A stretch of 64,000 nucleotides of DNA from Gemmatimonadales bacterium (GTDB taxonomy: Bacteria > Gemmatimonadota > Gemmatimonadetes > Gemmatimonadales > GWC2-71-9). The stretch spans positions 4,239-68,238 of the forward strand of contig JBHHZE010000005.1 of NCBI GenBank assembly GCA_046757925.1, in the 5' to 3' direction. The position numbers and the translations under genes are program-made. The notes under the pieces were generated by a model, which worked only from the letters and a program-made list of their open reading frames with translations, did not search any database and had not been told where the DNA came from. Positions 37,361 to 46,556 of this stretch are shown in pieces; within the stretch, counting starts at the first letter, position 1; each line of letters starts with the position of its first letter.

Positions 37361-40300
37361 CTAACCGGTCTTGCGCTCGAGTTCCTCGAGGGAAGCCATC
37401 GCTTTGTGCAGGGATTCTTCGAGTTGGCTCTTGCGTTGCCTGTGTGTCGCGGTCGGGGGATACAAGCTGCCCTGGCGAACGCCCTGCCCGTTGAATTCGC
37501 TTGCCAATCCACCCGCCCGACGCCTAAGTTGTCGCAGTGTCCGCTGTAGTGCGCGTGCCGAGTCAAGTGTGGCACTGCTGGAATCAGTACTCTGTGAGAG
37601 CTCTCTCACGAGCGTAGCAACGGCTTCAGTAGTCTCCTGCACTTGTTGCTGCGTCTGTTGTAGGTCCATCAAGAACTCTTCGCGTTCGTTCCACTGATCG
37701 TCCGAGATAGCCATCAAGGGATCACCCACAACCGAAACCCGCTGAGTGGCTCTCACCCCATCTGCGTCCAGGGTGACCGTATATGTGCCGGGTGATACGA
37801 ACGGCCCGCGCGCGAGAACCGGTTGGGCCAGTTGGATGGCAGGTTGCGATTGATTGGTCGGGCTGGGTGGTGGCGGTTCGTGTCTGAGATCCCAGGTGAC
37901 ACGGTGGATTCCACGTTCTCGAGGCACCTGGATGGTGCGGATGAGTTCACCCGCCCGGTTGGTCACCTCGATGCTGGCACTCGCCACCTGGTTTGCGAGG
38001 TAATATGAGACGATCGCTCCAAACGGAGGGTTCTCCCCGGCGTAGGCCGCCTGTCCACGGTATGACGTGTCCTTCCAATATTGAAAGATCGTCGTACGCC
38101 TGATCGAGAAGAGGTGGACAGGTTTGCTGCGTGACACGCCCACCCATTCGGCCAGTGGAGTCAAGTCGTCAAGAATCCACAAACTCCTGCCGTGCGTGGC
38201 AACGACCAGGTCCTTCTCGCGTGGCTGTATGACCACGTCATCATACAGGGTCGTAGGTAGGTTGGCTCTGAACTTGGCCCAATGAGTTCCGGCGTCGGTC
38301 GATACGAACAGTGCATGCTCGGTGCCCAGGAAGAGCAAGTTGGGACTCCCAGCGTATTCGACGATAACGTTAGCCGAGCCTGTAGGGAGGTCTTTGCCAA
38401 GGTTGCTCCAGCTCTGGCCGAAGTCCACCGATCGAAACACGTAGGGTTGGAAATCACCATCCCGATGTGCGTCGAATGTGACATACACAGTACCCTGGTC
38501 GGTGACCGATGCCGCCACTCGGCTGACGTAAGTACCGGTGGGGACGTCGGGCACATTGCCCGATAGCTCGGTCCAAGTTGCGCCGCCGTCGCGTGACAGC
38601 TGTAGGTTGCCGTCGTCCGTTCCCACCCAAAGGATGTCGGGTGTGAGCGGCGATTCCGAGATGGTCGTGATCTCTCCGAACGAACTGGTACCGTCGTTCT
38701 TGGAGATTCTCAAGTCGGATCCGAGTACGCCCATCAAGCGCAATGTGTCGCGGCTCATCTCACGGGAGAGATCGGGCGTACGCTCCCATGTCTCTCCGCG
38801 GTCGTGCGAGATGAAAAGCCGATTGCCGCCCAGGTAGATCGTGCGGGGGTCGTGCTGCGACACCAAACTCGGTGTCGTCCAGTCGAAGCGATATGGAGCT
38901 TCGCCTGTCGGTGGAGCCGGGCGTATCCCGAGTGCGTCTCCTGTCACGGCATCGAAGCGAGAGAGATTGCCGTTCTGCGCCAGGACGTAGACATAACGGT
39001 GACTGGTCGGGTCGGCTTGTTGGTACATCCCGTCGCCGAAGCCGATCTGTTGCCAGTCGTCGTTGATTATGCCTGCCCAACGGCGCGTGGCTGAGGGTCC
39101 CATCCACGAGTGATTGTCCTGCATGCCGCCGTAGATATGGTAGGGCGTGCGCATGTCCACGTCGATTGCGTAAAACTGCCCGATCGGAATGTTGTTTATG
39201 CGGACGTATGTCTGTCCCATGTCCCAGGATTCGTGCAGTCCCCCGTCGCCCGCAAGGTAGAAGTGTTCGGGGTTGTTGGGGTCGATCCACAGGGTGTGGT
39301 AATCGCTGTGCACGCCTACGTCGTAGGTGGGTCTAGTGGGGAGCGTCTTGAAAGTGTGTCCGCCGTCCTCCGACTTGTAGAAGTTGGTCGCCAGCAGGTA
39401 GACGCGGTTCTCGTCGGTTGGATCGATGAAAATGTGACTGTAATACATAGGGCGGGGATTTGTGCTGCTCACCTTCTGCCAGGTTTCACCGCCGTCTGTA
39501 GTCCGGTATGTTCCGGACTCCGACGCGTGCTCGATCGTGGCATTCAGGACATTGGGGGCCGTTCTGGCAATCGCCAACCCAATTCGGCCCTTGTCTCCAT
39601 GCGGGAGACCATCGGTCAGTTCGCGCCAGTGCCGTCCGCCGTCGGTCGTCTTGTAGATGCCGCTCCCGGCTCCACCGCCGTTGAATCCCCAGGTGCGGCG
39701 TTGCCGCTGGTAGGTTGCGGCGTACAGCGTGCTGGGGTCGGTGGGGTCCATTACGAGATCAACGACGCCGGTCAGCGTATCGACGAAGAGGACTCGCTTC
39801 CATTTCTTGCCGCCATTCGTGGTCTTATAGACGCCTCGTTCCTCGCTCGGCGCCCAGAGACTTCCCAACGCTGCAACGTAGGCAACGTCGGCGTCGTTGG
39901 GATCTACAACCACTCGGCCTATATGGCGCGTCTCGTCCAGGCCCATGTGCTTCCACGATTCGCCGCCGTCGGCGGAGCGGTAGACGCCGTTACCCCAAGA
40001 GGTGCTCTGGCGGTTGTTCTGGCCGCCCGTGCCCGCCCAGATGATGCTGTGATCGGAGGGCGCAATCGCCACGTCGCCGAACGTGCTCACGGCCTGGTGG
40101 TCGAAGATCGGTGTCCACGTCGTGCCTTTGTTGGTGGATTTCCAGATCCCGCCCGAGGCGCTGGCTACGTAGATGGTCGACGGATCGTCGGGCAGGGCTT
40201 CGACGTCGTGGATCCGCCCGCCCATGACCGCCGGGCCGATGGAGCGGAAACGGAGGCCGTCTAGCAGGTCTGTAGTAATGGCAACAGCCTGTGCGCCCGC

Positions 40301-40381
40301 CCTCGATGTAGTGGCGGACAATGCCATAATCGACAGGAAGCACTGCAGGGCTGTGTGGTAGTTTCTTCGCACAGCGTTCAC
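37361..40381 (-). CDS. Sortilin/VPS10-like BNR (Asp-box) repeat protein, secreted
   Basis: GTG 40381 gives MNAVRRNYHTALQCFLSIMALSATTSRAGAQA. Repeated Asp-box contexts are SGGIWKSTNKGTTW, YRSADGGESW, YKTTNGGKKW, YKTTDGGRHW, YRTTDGGETW, SEDGGHTF, SHDRGETW, SRDGGATW, SVDFGQSW and STDAGTHW. Confidence 0.9.
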   Translation of the reverse strand: MNAVRRNYHTALQCFLSIMALSATTSRAGAQAVAITTDLLDGLRFRSIGPAVMGGRIHDVEALPDDPSTIYVASASGGIWKSTNKGTTWTPIFDHQAVSTFGDVAIAPSDHSIIWAGTGGQNNRQSTSWGNGVYRSADGGESWKHMGLDETRHIGRVVVDPNDADVAYVAALGSLWAPSEERGVYKTTNGGKKWKRVLFVDTLTGVVDLVMDPTDPSTLYAATYQRQRRTWGFNGGGAGSGIYKTTDGGRHWRELTDGLPHGDKGRIGLAIARTAPNVLNATIEHASESGTYRTTDGGETWQKVSSTNPRPMYYSHIFIDPTDENRVYLLATNFYKSEDGGHTFKTLPTRPTYDVGVHSDYHTLWIDPNNPEHFYLAGDGGLHESWDMGQTYVRINNIPIGQFYAIDVDMRTPYHIYGGMQDNHSWMGPSATRRWAGIINDDWQQIGFGDGMYQQADPTSHRYVYVLAQNGNLSRFDAVTGDALGIRPAPPTGEAPYRFDWTTPSLVSQHDPRTIYLGGNRLFISHDRGETWERTPDLSREMSRDTLRLMGVLGSDLRISKNDGTSSFGEITTISESPLTPDILWVGTDDGNLQLSRDGGATWTELSGNVPDVPTGTYVSRVAASVTDQGTVYVTFDAHRDGDFQPYVFRSVDFGQSWSNLGKDLPTGSANVIVEYAGSPNLLFLGTEHALFVSTDAGTHWAKFRANLPTTLYDDVVIQPREKDLVVATHGRSLWILDDLTPLAEWVGVSRSKPVHLFSIRRTTIFQYWKDTSYRGQAAYAGENPPFGAIVSYYLANQVASASIEVTNRAGELIRTIQVPRERGIHRVTWDLRHEPPPPSPTNQSQPAIQLAQPVLARGPFVSPGTYTVTLDADGVRATQRVSVVGDPLMAISDDQWNEREEFLMDLQQTQQQVQETTEAVATLVRELSQSTDSSSATLDSARALQRTLRQLRRRAGGLASEFNGQGVRQGSLYPPTATHRQRKSQLEESLHKAMASLEELERKTG

Positions 40382-40427
40382 CTGGGTCTGTGTGGATGGG
40401 CGAATGTATCGTGCTGGCGGGGATGCT

Positions 40428-42221
40428 TCAAGTTGGGGGTCTGGGGATCGGACCTGTCTTCAGGTGACTTTGAGCCCATCTAATTGCGCCGGCAAGGGGC
40501 AGCGCGATCACAAACATCACCATGCGGTACACAACTCTCACGAGAACCCGCCAAGCTCTGCCGAACTTCGGATGCAGGTGTTCGGCCCACGATATGATTC
40601 TGCGTGGCGAACGAGCGAGTGAAACCAGCCGTGTGTCTGCCCAAAGTTGGCGCCTCTCTTCCGGTCCGTGCAACAGAGCGAATACCGAAGGTTTGAGATC
40701 TTCAAAGAATCTGTGTGGCACCTTGAGCCGTCGTAATGCTGCGTGCACCATGTAGTTATCGAGGGCGACTGCTTGGAATGGGTCGCCTGGCAGCTCGTGC
40801 TTTAGAACGGAGTTCGCCACATGGAGGAGCGCTTCGAGCAGTTCGGCCTTCTCGTGGTGCCCAATGCGGTCGCGGACCACTGCTAGATCATCCTCGGTAC
40901 ACTGCTCAATTGCACCTGCAGTGACAACTAGGTCTCGAAGCCGACCTCGACGCATCGGGTGATCGAGTGTCGAGTGAGTGAGAATGTGCCAGAGGTGGTC
41001 GCTTGGTGCCAGCTGCCAAAGGTAATCGGCGCCCAGCAGAGGCACTGCACGATTCCAAATCTCTTCTGACGTAGCTGATCCCTGCCTGTCTAGCGTGACA
41101 TGGATTTCCACTTGGCTACTACCTGGACCGAAGCGTTCTGTCATGTGGCGTGCGGAGCTGAAGCCAGATCTGTAGCCTCTGTCATCTAACACAGTTGCCA
41201 GTTCATGCGCGTCTCTATTGGGTAGCAGGATGTCTATGTCGACTAGATCCACTGGACTCTGACGTGTGAATGCGGAAATGCCCCCTTTGAGAACAATTGG
41301 TCTCAAGTCTCGCTCGCGAGCAATGGCAGCAATCTTGTTGAGTTCGTTCCGTGCCAACACGGTCCTGCCGAACTCGTAAGCGGCAGACTCCTTTAACAAT
41401 TGCTGCACGTCGGAAGAAAGGCGGGATATGTGGTTCGGTCCCATGCGAGATGACAGCGGTAACGCACAGTGCTCGATAGTGTTGAATAGCCTCCAGGCGT
41501 AGCTGCTGTAGAGGTTTGCTGCGTCCCAAGTGTCGTCGCTCACACCACCAACATCAGTCAGTATCTGTAATGCCAACTTACGGAATCCAAGTGCCTCTTC
41601 AGACCGGCTTGTCCACGTATTCCGTGGCTCTGAGGCGTATGCGGACGGTGCAGGATGGTGTGATATCGGAACCCCGCCAACGGTACGCGTTAATCGACGC
41701 TTTAGGCGCCGCGCGTGCCTTGCGAGCGCGGTGATCGCAGTTCCCAGCCGAACATCGATACTTAGCCCTAGCCCGACTACGTTTGCGAGCCCTGCCGCAA
41801 CCGCTCCCCGAAGGCCGGGCAGTCGTGGCGGAGCGGGAACATCGCACCAACCACTCCACTGCTTGTACGCGGTTACTGCGCCCAAGACATCGGCCTTCTG
41901 CACGGGTGCATCGCAGATACAGGTTGCGTCCCCACGGGTGATGAGGAAACTCCGTCCCCGGCGTCCGTACCCACGTGCAACAATCCGATGTGCGACGAGT
42001 CCGTTGGAAGCGATAAACGCGATAACCTGACCGACTGACATTGCTTCTGGCTGATGGTAGGTTATTCGAATGGTGGAGCCATCGGGGATCGTTGCTCCCA
42101 TGCTCACGCCGGATATCGTGGACTCAATTTCTCTGTCTGAGCGCCGTAGCAGTTTGGTTACCGCTCGCATCTCGGCGGGATCAGTCTTGCCAAGTCGTTG
42201 CTTGACTGGTGCTCGCTTCAT
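40428..42221 (-). CDS. Fusion protein: S26B/S24-like Ser/His peptidase domain, NTP_transf_5-like nucleotidyltransferase domain and a C-terminal TM helix
   Basis: I chose ATG 42221 because of its ATGA overlap with the upstream stop. N-terminal SGVSMGATIPDGSTIRI...GQVIAF...LVAHRIV resembles the Sec11/archaeal signal peptidase SM...HR motifs. The middle segment IVLKGGISAFTRQSPVDLVDIDILLPNRDAHELATVLDDRGY resembles the PF14907 core. The C-terminal VVYRMVMFVIALPLAGAI looks like a TM helix. Confidence 0.7.
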   Translation of the reverse strand: MKRAPVKQRLGKTDPAEMRAVTKLLRRSDREIESTISGVSMGATIPDGSTIRITYHQPEAMSVGQVIAFIASNGLVAHRIVARGYGRRGRSFLITRGDATCICDAPVQKADVLGAVTAYKQWSGWCDVPAPPRLPGLRGAVAAGLANVVGLGLSIDVRLGTAITALARHARRLKRRLTRTVGGVPISHHPAPSAYASEPRNTWTSRSEEALGFRKLALQILTDVGGVSDDTWDAANLYSSYAWRLFNTIEHCALPLSSRMGPNHISRLSSDVQQLLKESAAYEFGRTVLARNELNKIAAIARERDLRPIVLKGGISAFTRQSPVDLVDIDILLPNRDAHELATVLDDRGYRSGFSSARHMTERFGPGSSQVEIHVTLDRQGSATSEEIWNRAVPLLGADYLWQLAPSDHLWHILTHSTLDHPMRRGRLRDLVVTAGAIEQCTEDDLAVVRDRIGHHEKAELLEALLHVANSVLKHELPGDPFQAVALDNYMVHAALRRLKVPHRFFEDLKPSVFALLHGPEERRQLWADTRLVSLARSPRRIISWAEHLHPKFGRAWRVLVRVVYRMVMFVIALPLAGAIRWAQSHLKTGPIPRPPT

Positions 42222-43297
42222 GCAGCCCGGATGTGCGAAGGAGGAGAGAGGTACGGACCGATTGACTGCCTCACGTAGGGTTGCTTGAAGGCCCACACCA
42301 GTCCGTCCAGATAGAAGTGTATGAGTGTCATGGCGTTCCAGATGACCACGTAGACCATCGGGGCGCCAAGCGCAGTAGTCAACTTGTCGGCGAGGTAGAA
42401 CGTGATGCCAGCAGCGAACAGCGTTCCAAAAAGGTGAGTTGGCCGCCCGCTGATCCAGCCAAGGGTCCGTTGCCGCCTTGATCCCTGAGAATGAGCGTAT
42501 TTTCGCAGATTCAGCAGCCACACGATCGCGAGATATTGAATAAAGTGCCCCATTAGCATGCCGAAGGTGGCCAACTGCGAATCCTTGACCCAAAGGTATG
42601 GATGGAACAGCAGCAGGCTCGAAATCAGAAACGACCCTTCGGCAAGCGAGATCGGACCATCGCGCCTTGCGAGTCGGTACAGAAAGATTCCCAGAGATCC
42701 GGCGGCTACGGGAAGGGCAACGGCTCGCAGAGCCCAGGGGGCGAACGGATGGATCTGCACTAACAGCTCGTACAGCGGTGTGAAACGATCGATGTACCAG
42801 AACGCCATCGCTGCGTTCACGGAGAGAATTGCGAGGTGTGCCACAGGCCGCTCACCCGCAGGTCCGCCATTCAATCGACGATATATAGATAGGATCCCAG
42901 CACTCTGCATCGAGACGTGGTAGATGTTCCATACAAAGAGCGTGCTCTGTACGGGCCGGTGATAGCCGATCACGCGCAGGAGCAGCACAACTCCAAAGAT
43001 GATGACGGGGCCCGCGAAGAACGCCAGTTTACGGGTTCGGTAGTATTCGAGGTTGTCGTCTCCCAAGTAGAAGCTGAAGGATGACAGGTAGTGTGGAATT
43101 GCGACGAGAAATGTTGCCGCTATTCCGAGACGATAGCCCCCGGGGACATAGTAGTTGGCCAGAATAACTACGAGGCCTGCCAAGGGCGCGAGAGTAAAGA
43201 GTGCCAGGTCATAACTGGGCTTCTCAATCCACCCAGCGGAAACCGGCGAAGTCCCGATCGAGCTACCACGGAATCCAGATACCGCAGTGGCGGACAT
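42218..43297 (-). CDS. Polytopic membrane protein (about 9-10 TM) with four His-containing motifs; function unknown
   Basis: 359-aa ORF with hydrophobic helices throughout. His motifs are IPHYLSSFSFYLGDD, WNIYHVSMQSAG, MLMGHFIQYLAIVW and TLIHFYLDGLVWAF. Confidence 0.75.
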   Translation of the reverse strand: MSATAVSGFRGSSIGTSPVSAGWIEKPSYDLALFTLAPLAGLVVILANYYVPGGYRLGIAATFLVAIPHYLSSFSFYLGDDNLEYYRTRKLAFFAGPVIIFGVVLLLRVIGYHRPVQSTLFVWNIYHVSMQSAGILSIYRRLNGGPAGERPVAHLAILSVNAAMAFWYIDRFTPLYELLVQIHPFAPWALRAVALPVAAGSLGIFLYRLARRDGPISLAEGSFLISSLLLFHPYLWVKDSQLATFGMLMGHFIQYLAIVWLLNLRKYAHSQGSRRQRTLGWISGRPTHLFGTLFAAGITFYLADKLTTALGAPMVYVVIWNAMTLIHFYLDGLVWAFKQPYVRQSIGPYLSPPSHIRAA

Positions 43298-43307
43298 ATG
43301 AACAGTC

Positions 43308-44081
43308 CTACGTGCAGGTCAGTTGTTGCCGTACAGCCGCACGCCGGGCCTCCGCCTGTTCGTGCGCCACTTCGATCTCGCCAGCGTCGAACCCGGCCAT
43401 CCTTCGCTCGTCGTGGGCTATGCCATACTCGCTCACGAGGGTACCACCGTCGTCAAAGGTCTCTTTGAACGCCTGCATGCTGTCGGTGAGAGCGCGTGCC
43501 ATCTCGAGGGCGCTCCGCGGATCCTTGCGGATCTGGCGGCGAATATATTCGTTGGCGAATCCCACGTGGCGGATCTCGTCAGCTTGCTGTGCGTCGTAAA
43601 CTGCCCAAAGTTCGGCGTCTCCCGACTGTTCGGCCTGCGTGAGACCGTAGGTGACAGCATCCAGGCCGTCGGCCTCAAACGTTCGGTTCTCCACGGCGAG
43701 CCGGCCAATGAGAGAGTCGATCTTGCGAATAGTCTTGTATTGAAAATTAAGTACAGGGTACTGCCCGACTCGGCCGCCGCGTTTCTCGAGCAGTCGTTTG
43801 TAGATGAGGGTGTGGCGTGCCTCATCCGCACATTGCCGAGCCAGCGACTTTCGAATGGACCAATCTGCCTCCGGAAAATCAACCAGGCTACTTGCGGCAT
43901 TCTCCATCACGTTCGCTTCCTCGTTCATCTGGCGATGCAGGAATTCCACGAGACGCTCCGGGTGGTCCGGTGGGAAATTTGTACACTCTCTCCAGCGATC
44001 CACGACCTTCACGTGCGATTCGCGGGCCGGGCTTTCACCCTGCGAATTCTCCGATTGGGGAGGAAGCTCGGACGCACTCAT
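43308..44081 (-). CDS. Ferritin-like di-iron carboxylate protein (DUF455-like), paralog 2
   Basis: QMNEEANVMEN...CADEARH and NRTFEADGLD...QADEIRH give two E...ExxH pairs. ATGA overlap with the upstream gene. Confidence 0.75.
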   Translation of the reverse strand: MSASELPPQSENSQGESPARESHVKVVDRWRECTNFPPDHPERLVEFLHRQMNEEANVMENAASSLVDFPEADWSIRKSLARQCADEARHTLIYKRLLEKRGGRVGQYPVLNFQYKTIRKIDSLIGRLAVENRTFEADGLDAVTYGLTQAEQSGDAELWAVYDAQQADEIRHVGFANEYIRRQIRKDPRSALEMARALTDSMQAFKETFDDGGTLVSEYGIAHDERRMAGFDAGEIEVAHEQAEARRAAVRQQLTCT

Positions 44082-44890
44082 GATGCTGTGATCTTGACAT
44101 GAGTGGGGAGGATCGATCGAAACCCCGCCAGCTTTAGCACCTCCAACACTTCATCCTCGGTGAACTCGGCCTCGCGTCTGCCCTCGACATTGACGGCGGG
44201 CGGTAGGCGATCTTCCTTGGTGACCTCCCGCCCGATCGTGTCGATCTCGCCTACTCGTGGCTCGGTCTTGGCATTTGCCATGGCGAGGAACCGAATGGCC
44301 ATCGCGACCTTCAAGAGCACACGCGGGTCCTCTTCGGACAGCTTGCGAATCCACTGGTTAGCGAAGCGCACGTGAGTGATCTCATCAGCGAGAATCCCGT
44401 CCAACAGATCGGCGGTTTTCGTGTCGCCCACCTCGCGCCACGTCGTGCGGAGGACGCCGAGGAGATCGATGAGGCCGGCCTCGAACGTGCGGTTCTGCAC
44501 GGCGAGGCGCCCGGGCAGGTTGTCGAGCATCATGGTGACACCCCACTCGTAGTTGGCGACCGGGAATTCGCCCTTCTGTCCGCCCAGTTCCTTGAGCCGG
44601 CGATAGAGGACTGTCGCGTGGCGCGCCTCATCGGACGCCTGTCGGGCAAGACGCATGCGTAGCTTCCAAGGCGCATCGGGATAATCAGCTAGGCACTGTG
44701 CCGCAATCTCCAGTGCTCCCAGCTCGTTGTTCATATGCCGATGGAGACGTTCCCGCCGCGACACGTCCGACATGTCGGTCCAGGTCTTCATCTCCATCTC
44801 GGTGTCCACAACCTCGAAGCAGTCCTCACGCACCGGGTCTGTTCGGAGTGTAACTCCCCGTACTTCTTTGGTGTCACATGCCGCTGTCAC
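44078..44890 (-). CDS. Ferritin-like di-iron carboxylate protein (DUF455-like), paralog 1
   Basis: HMNNELGALEI...ASDEARH and NRTFEAGLID...LADEITH give two E...ExxH pairs. The GTG start overlaps the upstream stop (GTGA). Confidence 0.75.
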   Translation of the reverse strand: MTAACDTKEVRGVTLRTDPVREDCFEVVDTEMEMKTWTDMSDVSRRERLHRHMNNELGALEIAAQCLADYPDAPWKLRMRLARQASDEARHATVLYRRLKELGGQKGEFPVANYEWGVTMMLDNLPGRLAVQNRTFEAGLIDLLGVLRTTWREVGDTKTADLLDGILADEITHVRFANQWIRKLSEEDPRVLLKVAMAIRFLAMANAKTEPRVGEIDTIGREVTKEDRLPPAVNVEGRREAEFTEDEVLEVLKLAGFRSILPTHVKITAS

Positions 44891-45453
44891 TCTGACTCCA
44901 CGGCGGCTGCATCGGTTGAGGGGCGGTAGTCGACGAGCTTGGCTATGCTATTGACCCCGGTGACCAAGGCCGCGGTTTCTTCACCGTGTTCGGGCGCGAG
45001 ATCGGGTCGTTCAGTCAGCAGTTGGTCCCGGTCGCGGAGCATTCTAGAGAAATCGGAAAGTGCGCGCTCTAGAATGCGGATCGTTGGCTCGTCGAGCAGT
45101 GGGTCGGCGTCTATTAGATAAGCACGGTATCTCTGTTCCAAGTCCGGTAAGACGGCATCGTAGAACACCGCGATGCGATCGGGAGTCCTGGTGATGGCAT
45201 CGAGATTCTCCAGCACTCTCTTGTAGCCCTGTACGGGCGGCCTGCTGTGTTGCAGTGCCAATCTCAATTCATGCGTTCTGTACCCGAATTGATCTGCATG
45301 CTGTGCGAAGTCCCAGATGTGCCGGCCGAACAGCGCCTTCGCTTCGAGTTCAGGGGTCGTCGGAACCCAGCGGGCCAGACACTCCATTAGGCTTACGGCG
45401 ACGTAGCGGTATGTCGCAACGACGTCGCCCTGCTCGCGAACGGTGAGTGGCAT
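44887..45453 (-). CDS. Helical protein, possibly a degenerate ferritin-like partner subunit
   Basis: 188-aa ORF whose ATG overlaps the upstream stop (TGATG). Contains SLMECLARW and GRHIWDFAQHADQFG but no complete ExxH pairs. Confidence 0.65.
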   Translation of the reverse strand: MPLTVREQGDVVATYRYVAVSLMECLARWVPTTPELEAKALFGRHIWDFAQHADQFGYRTHELRLALQHSRPPVQGYKRVLENLDAITRTPDRIAVFYDAVLPDLEQRYRAYLIDADPLLDEPTIRILERALSDFSRMLRDRDQLLTERPDLAPEHGEETAALVTGVNSIAKLVDYRPSTDAAAVESE

Positions 45454-46529
45454 CAGGTCTCCATCATTAGATCTTCAAGTAGCTTGGTCGTATCCGCAAC
45501 CGGGCCAAGATCGAGGAAATAGCACTTCAGCCGGCCCATGAGCCTGAGCAACTTGACCACCACCGAAGCCGAGTTGGCACCCCACGTGAGGCTCTCGTAT
45601 GGCGTAAGGTAGCGTAGGTGCTGAGCCCCTGGCGTGAAGCGCTCAAGGTGCGGCGACGCTGTCTTGCCCCGCAGAAAGACCAAGGTCGTTGCCGGCAGCG
45701 GCTTGGGCGGATCTCCCGGAAACAGCTCGTCGGCGTGTGCTCTGGTTCGAACCGTGCCATCCGACAGCTCATCACGCTGGTATTCGCCCGACTCGAGCGT
45801 GTGCGAGACACGAACCGCTGCAGGGCCCGGCCTCACGGAGATTCGACGCCGAAACGGAAGTAGCTCTAGCGTGTTCAATCTCACCACCGCAAACTCGTCG
45901 CCAAAGAAAGCGTGACCTCGGTCTGCGAGCGCGAGCGACATCGTGGTCTTGCCCGATTCCTTGGGGCCCATGAGAATGAGCCCGCGATTGCCTACGCCAA
46001 TGGTGGCGGCATGAAAGAAGAACGTGTTGCGTTGGAGGCGGAGCACGCGGTGGATTGCCAGTGACCCGGCGACTGATTGCCAAGGACTCTCAGGGTCCGC
46101 AACTATCTGGTGGTCGCAGAATCTGATGGTCCCGGGAGTCGTGCTGGAACGGATGGCCCGCCATCCCGTCCTTTCGCACTCGATTTTACGAAAACCGAAG
46201 TCTGCTAACGCAGAGAGGGCGAAGGCTACCGCGTCGAGAGCCTCGGGATCATCGAAAGAGATCTGAATCTTTCCCAACGGCTGATCTAGCTGTACACGAC
46301 AACCGACCACGGGAAGACCGGGCTCGGATTGTGAGACGAGGGACTCGCGATACAGGTCGTGGAACCGTTTGCGAAAACTCGGGTCATCGCACCGGAGCGA
46401 CAAACAACCATCACCGAACCGAAACCAGTCGGTGCAGTCGGCGGAGACGACCGATCGGATGTCCTTGGAACTCTTTTCACCAGTTACCCCGACCGTTTGA
46501 GTAGGAAGAGGGTATGCTGATGACGGCAT
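45453..46529 (-). CDS. HPr-kinase-related P-loop protein (HprK C-terminal-domain-like)
   Basis: FFFHAATIGVGNRGLILMGPKESGKTTMSLALADRGHAFFGDEFAVV shows the HprK-related pattern: HAA...G, a Walker A motif, then L...G...DD/DE. Confidence 0.7.
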   Translation of the reverse strand: MPSSAYPLPTQTVGVTGEKSSKDIRSVVSADCTDWFRFGDGCLSLRCDDPSFRKRFHDLYRESLVSQSEPGLPVVGCRVQLDQPLGKIQISFDDPEALDAVAFALSALADFGFRKIECERTGWRAIRSSTTPGTIRFCDHQIVADPESPWQSVAGSLAIHRVLRLQRNTFFFHAATIGVGNRGLILMGPKESGKTTMSLALADRGHAFFGDEFAVVRLNTLELLPFRRRISVRPGPAAVRVSHTLESGEYQRDELSDGTVRTRAHADELFPGDPPKPLPATTLVFLRGKTASPHLERFTPGAQHLRYLTPYESLTWGANSASVVVKLLRLMGRLKCYFLDLGPVADTTKLLEDLMMET

Positions 46530-46556
46530 TGTGCTTGGTCTTAGAGTCTCGGATTT

